Made by a program: the position numbers and the translations under genes
Notes under the pieces: model-generated
What the model saw: only the letters and a program-made list of their open reading frames with translations
Database searches by the model: none
What the model was told of the DNA's origin: nothing
Shown: positions 1-7,732 of the stretch, one piece after another
How positions within the stretch are numbered: the first letter of the stretch is position 1
Layout: the number at the start of each line of letters is the position of its first letter
Origin: Candidatus Zixiibacteriota bacterium
Lineage (GTDB): Bacteria; Zixibacteria; MSB-5A5; CAIYYT01
Direction: 5' to 3'
Assembly (NCBI GenBank): GCA_040235515.1
Contig: JBECKX010000036.1
Span: 1 to 11,926, forward strand
Length of the DNA: 11,926 bases

Positions 1-1298
1 GGTATGATCGGTTGCCTGAAGCGTGCGCAGACGAAGTAGGCAATCACGACAGCAAAATAGATCGCTACATAGCTCAGTGGAACCAGAGTCTCCTTACGGC
101 TCCTGACTGCAAGCACGATACCGGCAAACATCAGAGGAAAGAGCAGTCCGCTCGGGAAATTGAGGGGGCCCTGCTTCCAGAGGCTAATCCGCATCAGGGT
201 AGAATACTCGCCCGCGAAATAGAGCGACTTATTATTGAAGATCTCCTGACCGTGGAAGAAGTAGTACGCCTTCTTCAGCACCAACCCGATGGCTCGCCCC
301 GGTGCATCGAACATCTCCCTGAATGTTTGTGAGTACCAGTAGGAGGACACTTCGGAATCCTTCAGATTGCGTCCGAGTGCTTTCTGGGCAACGCTGACCG
401 ACTGCGAGTGAATGTTGTCATCGAACAGTCCGCCTTCAAAGATCGCATCAGCGCGCGGCATCTGTACGGTAATACCATCCGCGTAAACCGAATTACCGAC
501 GTAGAAGTTTGCCCCACCCTGTGATGAGATCAGGACCGGATCGTCGGCGACCACAAGATTCCTGACGGTGACCGGCAGTATGCAGAGCAGCGCGGCCCCG
601 GCATACACTGCGCCCAGTTTCAGTGTGCGCTGATACTTATCAGCTCCCCCCCGGAGCAGGTGGTAGATTGGTATGATCAGGATGATCGGCAGCACAGTCG
701 GTTTACTGATCGCGGCGAGACCAAGCGCGATGCCGGCCAAAACGTAGTGTGTGACTTTGCCGCTGTGCAGAGCTACGTGCAGTGCCGCGAGCGAACAGAG
801 CGAGAGGAACACCACGAGTGAGGTGATCATCAATTCGCCATCAAAATAGATCAGCGTCGGCCAGCACGCCGCGATGATTCCCGCCAGTGTGGCGACTGAT
901 TGACCAAAGAGATATCTGGCATAGAAGTAGGTGAGTGCGACTGTCAACGTACCAATTAGCAATTGGAAGATCAAGACGGGTGCAGGGGCATGGCCAAAGA
1001 TCGAGTAGAGTAACGCAACAATGTAAGGATAGAGCGGTGCGCGGAAGAAAGTCTCAGTTCCCCAGAAGGGGCCGTCGACGATCTTCATGGCCCAGACGTC
1101 GATCACGCGGCTATCAAGGATGTAATTGCCGTAGAAAATGCTGTCGCTCAGCTCCAAGAGATAAATCGCGCGCAGTATGATGGATAGGGAGATTGCAATC
1201 AGCAGCGGAGCGAAGTCACGACCGGTTAGCTGAAAGAAGCTGGCACGGCCACCCCTATTGTCTGAATTTCGGTTCGAGTTCGATTTCTTCTTAGCCAC
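1..1298 (-). CDS. GT-C fold membrane glycosyltransferase (ArnT/PMT_2, family 39-like), 3' end runs off the window
   Basis: Not in the ORF track (no stop in window). My translation from GTG at 1298 (in-frame TGA four codons upstream): MAKKKSNSNRNSDNRGGRASFFQLTGRDFAPLLIAISLSIILRAIYLLELSDSIFYGNYILDSRVIDVWAMKIVDGPFWGTETFFRAPLYPYIVALLYSIFG...WPTLIYFDGELMITSL...GGVNFYVGN...YFVCARFRQPII. Many TM helices, an early loop Asp, and the FFRAPLYPY, GxNFYxGN and RFRxP motifs typical of this family. Confidence 0.85.
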   Translation of the reverse strand, partial: MAKKKSNSNRNSDNRGGRASFFQLTGRDFAPLLIAISLSIILRAIYLLELSDSIFYGNYILDSRVIDVWAMKIVDGPFWGTETFFRAPLYPYIVALLYSIFGHAPAPVLIFQLLIGTLTVALTYFYARYLFGQSVATLAGIIAACWPTLIYFDGELMITSLVVFLSLCSLAALHVALHSGKVTHYVLAGIALGLAAISKPTVLPIILIIPIYHLLRGGADKYQRTLKLGAVYAGAALLCILPVTVRNLVVADDPVLISSQGGANFYVGNSVYADGITVQMPRADAIFEGGLFDDNIHSQSVSVAQKALGRNLKDSEVSSYWYSQTFREMFDAPGRAIGLVLKKAYYFFHGQEIFNNKSLYFAGEYSTLMRISLWKQGPLNFPSGLLFPLMFAGIVLAVRSRKETLVPLSYVAIYFAVVIAYFVCARFRQPII

Positions 1299-1373
1299 AA
1301 ATTCCGGTCACTGCTTAATAAGTGGGAGTTCCGTAACAGACCATTATTGACTATAACGGCCGCAGACCAACCG

Positions 1374-1401
1374 AATATAGAGTGCCTCAAGTGATAGTCA
1401 A
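1374..1401 (-). promoter_or_regulatory. Putative sigma70 promoter of the glycosyltransferase gene
   Basis: Minus strand TTGACT (1401-1396) - 16 nt - TATATT (1379-1374); 5/6 match in each box; about 75 nt upstream of the GTG at 1298. Confidence 0.5.
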
Positions 1402-1620
1402 GGGGATTGCAGGCGCGGCAGTAACGTCGGAGTCGGCAGGCGAACTGCAGAAAGGGCTTGCTACGCAGCCGGGCGGCGGGCATATTAATGGCGCATTTCA
1501 TATTTTTGTATTCAGTCGTTAAGCGTAGGGTGGGCGCAAAGGCTAAGGGCTATGGTCGCTGCAGGATGTTGCTTGCGTAGTTGCTATTTCCGCAGCGCAA
1601 GGCACGCTCTGCGGGGATCG

Positions 1621-1633
1621 CTTTGAAGCGACC
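1621..1633 (+). repeat. 13-bp motif CTTTGAAGCGACC, copy 1 (inverted partner at 10163-10175)
   Basis: Exact reverse complement of 10163-10175 (GGTCGCTTCAAAG); ends 32 nt before the patatin ATG. Confidence 0.6.
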
Positions 1634-1665
1634 AGACACAAGTATTTCGAAAGGTGAGGCTTTGA

Positions 1666-2799
1666 ATGAACGAAGCAGGCAGGTCGTCGGAACCCGGCGA
1701 TCGAACTCAATCCGCTATGGTTGATGCGAGTGCTCTCTGCCTCTCCGGTGGAGGCTATCGTGCGATGGTCTTTCATATCGGTGCGCTATGGCGGCTGTAC
1801 GACGCAGGGCTTCTTGGCACGATCGATCGGATTTCGAGTGTGTCGGGTGGCTCGATCACTTCAGCCGTACTCGCGCTGAACTGGAACAAATTGACGTTTG
1901 ATCCTGCCAATTTGCAGCAAGATTTTGTCCCCTGCGTCGTTGAACCGTTGCGGACGCTTGCTTCGACAACGATTGATGTACCTGCGATCCTGCGGGGGCT
2001 GTTACTGCCGGGAAATGTTTCCGACAGAATAGTGTCATACTACAACAATATCTTATTCGATGGGGCATCACTGCAAGACCTTCCCGATGCGCCCCGGTTT
2101 GTGATCAATGCAACCAATCTGCAATCAGGCGTGCTGTGGCGCTTCTCGAAACCATACATGCGCGACTACCGCGTGGGAGAGATTGAGTCACCGGATCTTG
2201 AAGTAGCGCGCGCGGTGGCTGCCTCCTCGGCGTTTCCACCATTCCTTTCACCGGTAATACTCAAGCGGCAGACCTCCGACTACGTGGCCAATAGCGGTAC
2301 CGATCTGCAGCGTGAACCGTACACTACCCGGGTTGTGCTGAGTGATGGCGGCGTGTATGACAATCTCGGGCTGCAGACCGCGGAAAACTTCAGGATGATT
2401 CTCGTGAGTGATGGCGGTGGACAGATGCAACCTCAGCCGAAGCCGAGGGGATTCTGGCCAATACAAATGTATCGCGTCCTGAACGTGATCGACAACCAGG
2501 TACGGGCGCAACGGAAGTCAAATCTGATCGATGCATATATCAAGGGCGACCATAGCGGCGCCTATTGGGGTATCAGGACAGATATCGCCGACTACAAGTT
2601 GAGTAGCGCGCTCGATTGTCCATACAAGCGGACGCTGGAACTGGCGGCAACTCCGACGCGTCTGAAGGCGATGGCGGCACTTTTACAGGAACGCTTAATC
2701 AATTGGGGCTACGCGGTCTGCGATGCGGCGCTGCGAAAACATGTGGATCAACAACTCCAGCGGCCCGCAGGCTTCCCCTATCCGAAAGCAGGGGTGTAA
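1666..2799 (+). CDS. Patatin-like phospholipase (PNPLA)
   Basis: Gly-rich oxyanion motif LSGGGYRA, nucleophile elbow SSVSGGS (S60), AVAASSAFPP, catalytic LSDGGVYDNLG (D227). GAGG RBS upstream of ATG 1666. No signal peptide. Confidence 0.93.
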   Translation: MNEAGRSSEPGDRTQSAMVDASALCLSGGGYRAMVFHIGALWRLYDAGLLGTIDRISSVSGGSITSAVLALNWNKLTFDPANLQQDFVPCVVEPLRTLASTTIDVPAILRGLLLPGNVSDRIVSYYNNILFDGASLQDLPDAPRFVINATNLQSGVLWRFSKPYMRDYRVGEIESPDLEVARAVAASSAFPPFLSPVILKRQTSDYVANSGTDLQREPYTTRVVLSDGGVYDNLGLQTAENFRMILVSDGGGQMQPQPKPRGFWPIQMYRVLNVIDNQVRAQRKSNLIDAYIKGDHSGAYWGIRTDIADYKLSSALDCPYKRTLELAATPTRLKAMAALLQERLINWGYAVCDAALRKHVDQQLQRPAGFPYPKAGV

Positions 2800-2802
2800 A
2801 TC

Positions 2803-4785
2803 ATGACAAATGGGGCAACGGGCATTCGTGTCCCGGATCAACTCGTTGAGTGTATCTTACTGGGTCCAGCGGAGGATCGGCAACTCCTCCAGGACTCACC
2901 GGTTCTGGCCGATGTTTGGCTGGCGTACGCAAAGGCGCCTGACCAGCCGCAGGATCTACTGATCACACCACACCTGGAGATTGCATCGAGTCGGGTGGCT
3001 GCGGCGATCAAAGCCGGACTGGGACATGTCGACTCACTCGATTCCACTGACACAACAAAGCGGGAGATTCCGCCACGCATTGCATACCTTCAAGGGGTGG
3101 TGGCGGCTAAAGTGTACTTCTATGATGTCGCCCGCATCCTGGTACCGCTAACCCTCTGGTGGGAACGGTTGGCAAAGGCGGAGAGGGTAATCTCGCGGAG
3201 GAAGAAGAACAAGTATTCGCGGGAAAGGATTGAACGGGCGCTGGGTATCTGCCTGGAGAGATTTTCCCGAATGCTGCAGGATCAGCCACTGGAGGCGGAT
3301 CCGATTGAAGCGTTTGACCGTTATGCAGTGCTATCTTCTCTGATACTCTGGGCTGGTCAGCAAGGAGACGAGCAATTGCAGGAGCTGTCGGCTGAGCAAT
3401 TTCTTGACGCGATCAGGGAGGCGAAGCAGCCGTCACCTGCCGCGCTGTTTCACCAGATGCTTGAGGATATCAGAGGCGACTACACCGGCTGGCTCGCGGA
3501 GTTCTTTGAACGAATGCTTGAGTTTCAGGGCAGGCAGAAGTCGAAACCGGGGGCGAAGCGACTGCAGAAGGAGGAACTGGTCACTCACCTGATTTTCAAT
3601 ATCTCCTTAAATCGCAAGGCTAACCATGCTCTGAAGAAATCTGTTCCTTCGGTTAAGGCGGACGCCGTCAAAAGCCTGTTTGAGGTGCGCTGCAACGAGA
3701 TTACCTGGGCGATACTCGATTCCGGCATAGATGGGGCTCATGACGCGTTCCGCAGTGACACATCAGTGAATGGCTCCTACAAGAACTCCCGCGTGATCAG
3801 GACATTCGATTTTACGCAAATCCGCGAGATCGTCAGCGGCGATCAGATGAGTGACAAAGCGTTGAGGGAAATCAGCGGAGAGGACCTTGACCTCAAAACC
3901 ACGAAGAAGCTGAGGGAGTCGCTTGAGGAGGATATGCTGCTGGAACGGCCACTCAACTGGAAGGTGGTCGAGCGGTTCGTGAAACGCGATCAGCCGGCTA
4001 CGCCCTCGAACTCACATGGCACCCATGTGGCTGGAATCCTCGGAGCTGCGAAAGATCCAGCGGACACTTACCCACCCGGAATGTGTCCCGATATCAGGCT
4101 TTACGATTTCAGGATACTGGGCAGCAAATCGGAGGATACCGAGTTCGCGATTCTGGCGGCGCTGCAATACATTCGTTATCTGAACGAGCAACATGGTTTC
4201 AGAGTCATTCATGGCGCCAATCTTAGTCTCTCGATCCTGCACGACGTTAAGAACTTCGCCTGTGGCAGAACACCGATTTGCGATGAGTGCGAACGACTGG
4301 TCAATAGTGGTGTGGTGGTGGTTGCCGCCGCCGGGAATCACGGTTACCAGTCATTTCACACCGTCGATGGGGTATTCTCAGGCTATGCCGCCTCCAGCAT
4401 AACGGATCCGGGCAATGCCGATGCCGTTATCACGGTGGGGGCAACTCACCGATCGTGGCCGCATACGTATGGTGTCAGCTACTTCTCCAGCCGGGGTCCG
4501 ACCGGCGACGGCAGGACGAAACCAGATCTGGTTGCCCCCGGTGAAAGAATTCAGGCGCCGGTTCCGGGCAAGGACAACGATTGGGAGGAAAAGTCGGGTA
4601 CGAGCATGGCTGCGCCGCATGTGAGCGGAGCCGCCGCGATGCTGATGGCACGTTATCCGGAGTTGATCGGACAGCCGAGGCGAATCAAGGAGATACTCTG
4701 CAATACCGCCACCGACCTCGGTCGCGAACGCTGCTTTCAGGGGCATGGAATGCTTGATGTGCTACGGGCATTCCAGTCTATCTGA
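2803..4785 (+). CDS. S8 (subtilisin-like) serine peptidase with ~290-aa N-terminal extension, cytoplasmic
   Basis: Full triad: AILDSGID (D306), HGTHVAGIL (H405), SGTSMAAPHVSG (S601); oxyanion AAAGN (N512); FSSRGPTGDGRTKPDLVAPG. Starts 3 nt after the patatin stop. No hydrophobic signal peptide. Confidence 0.95.
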   Translation: MTNGATGIRVPDQLVECILLGPAEDRQLLQDSPVLADVWLAYAKAPDQPQDLLITPHLEIASSRVAAAIKAGLGHVDSLDSTDTTKREIPPRIAYLQGVVAAKVYFYDVARILVPLTLWWERLAKAERVISRRKKNKYSRERIERALGICLERFSRMLQDQPLEADPIEAFDRYAVLSSLILWAGQQGDEQLQELSAEQFLDAIREAKQPSPAALFHQMLEDIRGDYTGWLAEFFERMLEFQGRQKSKPGAKRLQKEELVTHLIFNISLNRKANHALKKSVPSVKADAVKSLFEVRCNEITWAILDSGIDGAHDAFRSDTSVNGSYKNSRVIRTFDFTQIREIVSGDQMSDKALREISGEDLDLKTTKKLRESLEEDMLLERPLNWKVVERFVKRDQPATPSNSHGTHVAGILGAAKDPADTYPPGMCPDIRLYDFRILGSKSEDTEFAILAALQYIRYLNEQHGFRVIHGANLSLSILHDVKNFACGRTPICDECERLVNSGVVVVAAAGNHGYQSFHTVDGVFSGYAASSITDPGNADAVITVGATHRSWPHTYGVSYFSSRGPTGDGRTKPDLVAPGERIQAPVPGKDNDWEEKSGTSMAAPHVSGAAAMLMARYPELIGQPRRIKEILCNTATDLGRERCFQGHGMLDVLRAFQSI

Positions 4786-4871
4786 GTCGTCACGATGCAG
4801 TCGCGGATACTAATCAGACTATATAGCGAGTATCTACACATACACGAAATCTACCAAAAAGGAGTGCTACA

Positions 4872-6128
4872 ATGAGATTCAGTATGGATGTGTTACGCGC
4901 CCGCAAGGGCGATTGCCTGATGATTCATTTCGGGGATAAGGATGATCCGCACTTGATCATGATTGATGGCGGGCCTTCCAAGGTCTACCGTCCGCACCTG
5001 AAGCCGAGAATCGAGAAGATCCGCAAAGCCCGGAATCTCGGTGACAACGAAGCACTACTGGTTGACCTGCTGATGATCAGCCACATCGATGATGACCATA
5101 TTCGTGGAATCCTCGAACTCACGCGCGAATTGTGCGAGCGAAAGCGTGCCGATCGCTCGTTGCCCATCAGGGTGGCGAGCCTGTGGCACAACTGTTTCCC
5201 CGACATGCTTGATGTCTCCGGGGCGCAGCTTTCCTCGATGGAGTCTACCGCAACCGCATCGATTCGTGATGAAATCGGACTGTCGGAACAGGCATTCGAG
5301 GAGTTTAAATCGGCAAATATCCTGGCGAGTGTGAGCCAGGGGAATCAGCTGCGCCTGGATGCGAAGTTCCTGAAGTGGCGGATTAACCGGGAAGTCGCCG
5401 GTAAACTGATCGAGGCAAAGAGCAGATCGAAGCAGATCAAGCTTGATGGCGGCGTGAAACTCCGGGTTGCCGGGCCGATGAGTGGTGAATTGAGCAAACT
5501 CAAATCATCATTCAAGAAATGGGCGGCAGAGAATCCTGACAAGGTGAACGAGGGGGCGGCACTGGCGGAATTTGTCGACAAATCCGTTCCCAACCTGTCA
5601 AGTCTGGTGCTGCTGGCTGAAGTGAAGAGGAAGACAATGCTCCTCACCGGGGATGCGCGCGGGGATAAGATCATCAAGGGAATGGAACTGACCCGGATGC
5701 TGAAGAAGGGGAAGAGCCGTCACGTAGACCTGTTGAAGGTGCCGCATCACGGCAGCGCGAACAACCTCGAGACGTCATTCTTCGAACGATTAACCGCGGA
5801 TCACTATGTATTTTCCGGCAACGGCGAGCATGGCAACCCTGAACGTGAATCGCTCGAGATGCTGCATGAAGCGCGCGGCAACGATGACTACGAAGTTCAC
5901 CTCACCTACCCGATCGATGAAATCGACGCAGAGCGAAAGAAGGATTGGGAGAAGCAGCGTGCGAGAGAGAAGAACCGCCGTGGAGGCAATCCACGCCCTG
6001 AGTGGTCGGCAAAGAAAAACAGCCTGAAAGCCTTCCTCGCCGCAAACGGCGATTTCGCTCGAAAGGTGAGAATCGTCGATGAAAACAAGCCGCACATGAT
6101 CGACCTGCTTGATGCGGTGAAGCTGTAA
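4872..6128 (+). CDS. MBL-fold metallo-hydrolase, ComEC/Avs1a-like (putative nuclease)
   Basis: GDC, IDGGP, SHIDDDH (H71-x-D-x-D-H76), WHN, SVSQG, DxSxxNxSS, LLTGDA, LLKVPHHGS, SGNGEHGNP motifs; strong RBS AAGGAG at 4859-4864; basic protein without TM segments. Confidence 0.9.
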   Translation: MRFSMDVLRARKGDCLMIHFGDKDDPHLIMIDGGPSKVYRPHLKPRIEKIRKARNLGDNEALLVDLLMISHIDDDHIRGILELTRELCERKRADRSLPIRVASLWHNCFPDMLDVSGAQLSSMESTATASIRDEIGLSEQAFEEFKSANILASVSQGNQLRLDAKFLKWRINREVAGKLIEAKSRSKQIKLDGGVKLRVAGPMSGELSKLKSSFKKWAAENPDKVNEGAALAEFVDKSVPNLSSLVLLAEVKRKTMLLTGDARGDKIIKGMELTRMLKKGKSRHVDLLKVPHHGSANNLETSFFERLTADHYVFSGNGEHGNPERESLEMLHEARGNDDYEVHLTYPIDEIDAERKKDWEKQRAREKNRRGGNPRPEWSAKKNSLKAFLAANGDFARKVRIVDENKPHMIDLLDAVKL

Positions 6129-6169
6129 GCCTGAGACTGCGGCGGCAGATCGCCGGTGGTCGCATCACG

Positions 6170-7678
6170 TCAGGCAGTATATCGGCCTGAACTGGCTTTG
6201 TCTCCGAAATCGTTGATCTTCAAGTCGGAGAGGGTCACGACATGCCCGGTGCCGGTCAAATCAAGTACCCCGTGGGTTCTGCGGTAGCTTACATCATTGT
6301 AGAGTGTGTAAGTCTTACCGACAGGAAGCTGAAATCTTACCGACGAGATCTGGTTGTTCATCATCTGTCCGCCAACATAGATATCGCTGAAATTGGTGAG
6401 ATTGGTATTCCGAGTGCCGATGAGACCGATGCAGCGACCGCCGCAGGAGTCGTGTTCGAACAAATCAATCCAACCTTCCTCCGGATCGTCGATGACGGAG
6501 GGGGTGAAATCGGACGAGATCGGCCTGAACTCGCAGAAGTTAATGCCGTACTTCCTGGTGCTGTATCTTTTCTTGAAGCCACTGCATGAATGTATTGAGA
6601 TTCCGCCACGCTGGTCGATGAAGAGACCGGCGCCCGCATCCATATCGAACCAGTTGTGATCAGACTGCAACCTTAGTGTCGCGGATTTGACCAGTGTCCG
6701 TACCTCGGAAGCGAGATAGGCGCCGGAGGAGGGAGGGCCAGTGTCGAATCTGACTTCGAACAAGTCAGCGACATTGGGAGCCCCCAGGTGCCCGGCCGTG
6801 CCGACGTTGTGGAAGCCAACCAGATAGAGTCTGTCATCACGCTGCGCGACGAACTGGAGGCACTGATACTCGCCGAAATCAGGGGTCAGCCCCGGTTCGC
6901 TCAAGGTTTCGGTGCAATCGAAGGTAAAGGTCTTCGTGATTCCTGATTTGTGAAGCTGGTTGCGATTGAACGAATAGAAATCAAGCTTGCGCCGCTCGCC
7001 CTCGGAGTAGTAGACTGCGGCAAACAGTTCACCACTCTCGGCAGCAAAGAGCGCAACAGCGCCGGCCTTCTTGCCGGGGCGATCGATCGAGAACTTCATC
7101 ACCGCCGGCTCTTCCGGATAAGTGGTATCGAAGAAGAGGACCTTGGAGCCATCTTCGGGCAACAAGCCTTCAACCGGCACAGCCAAAAGAGCACCGGCGT
7201 TTGCGATGCCCCCGGCGTGCCAGTGTTTGGAGGTGAGTCGATGAGCTTGCTTGATCGTGCTGTTTCTATTGAGACCAATCGTGAGAAGTATCTCGTCGGC
7301 GTCTGCCGGCTGGTTGCGATAGATACAATTCGAGCGCCAGGGGAGGGTGTCGCTCCTGGAGGGGAGCGCGGCAAAGAACAAATGGGATGCTTGAGCGTCG
7401 GAACTGCAACCCGACATCACGAGGCTGGCGTGATGATCCAGTCGTTGGATTCCCTGAATATGGTTGCGGCGACCGAGCGCGGCTTGAAGCTTGTACTCGC
7501 TGTATTCGGCAGCAGGTATGAATTTCTCGCACCACACCGAGAGGCGGTCACCGACGGTGGAGATCTTTGAGAATGCCTTGGGGACGTCGACAAGTCGCCG
7601 GCTTGCAATGGCCAGCGGTGTCACCCTGGTGGCTGTGCTGACTAATTCCGGGTTGTAGTACTTGTATCTCTTTGGCAT
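6170..7678 (-). CDS. Uncharacterised protein: probable beta-propeller N-terminal region plus C-terminal betagamma-crystallin domain
   Basis: RBS AAGGAGG before ATG. The last ~100 aa carry two Greek-key signatures (LFEHDSCGG...MNNQISSVRF; YTLYNDVSY...FGDKASS). The N-terminal part has recurring short beta-strand motifs (HIQGIQRL, HAGGI..AGALLAVPVE, KVLFFD, AGAVALF). Confidence 0.75.
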   Translation of the reverse strand: MPKRYKYYNPELVSTATRVTPLAIASRRLVDVPKAFSKISTVGDRLSVWCEKFIPAAEYSEYKLQAALGRRNHIQGIQRLDHHASLVMSGCSSDAQASHLFFAALPSRSDTLPWRSNCIYRNQPADADEILLTIGLNRNSTIKQAHRLTSKHWHAGGIANAGALLAVPVEGLLPEDGSKVLFFDTTYPEEPAVMKFSIDRPGKKAGAVALFAAESGELFAAVYYSEGERRKLDFYSFNRNQLHKSGITKTFTFDCTETLSEPGLTPDFGEYQCLQFVAQRDDRLYLVGFHNVGTAGHLGAPNVADLFEVRFDTGPPSSGAYLASEVRTLVKSATLRLQSDHNWFDMDAGAGLFIDQRGGISIHSCSGFKKRYSTRKYGINFCEFRPISSDFTPSVIDDPEEGWIDLFEHDSCGGRCIGLIGTRNTNLTNFSDIYVGGQMMNNQISSVRFQLPVGKTYTLYNDVSYRRTHGVLDLTGTGHVVTLSDLKINDFGDKASSGRYTA

Positions 7679-7732
7679 GGCAGCCTCCTTTACGCATCTT
7701 TGCCGTGAGTTGAGATTAAGGAGTAAGTGTCG

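Noticed and set aside
12..1180. + strand ORFs 12..332 and 935..1180
   Set aside because: Both lie antisense within the glycosyltransferase CDS.
1226..1776. Short - strand ORFs 1226..1501 and 1543..1776
   Set aside because: They overlap the starts of real genes and the predicted promoter, with no motifs or convincing RBS.
2341..2418. Duplicated AGTGATGGCGG (SDGG twice) in patatin
   Set aside because: Explained by protein motifs: the catalytic DGG and the following strand-end motif; not a DNA repeat element.
6129..6169. GC-rich hairpin (CGGCG-gcagat-CGCCG) between the convergent stop codons
   Set aside because: Short stem and no U-tract on either strand; cannot be called a terminator.
6950..7570. 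206-aa + strand ORF
   Set aside because: Antisense to the 502-aa gene, which has a strong RBS and crystallin motifs; no domain features.
7702..7712. 11-bp inverted match (GCCGTGAGTTG) to 11482-11492
   Set aside because: An 11-mer match is expected by chance in 12 kb and the second copy is part of a terminator hairpin.
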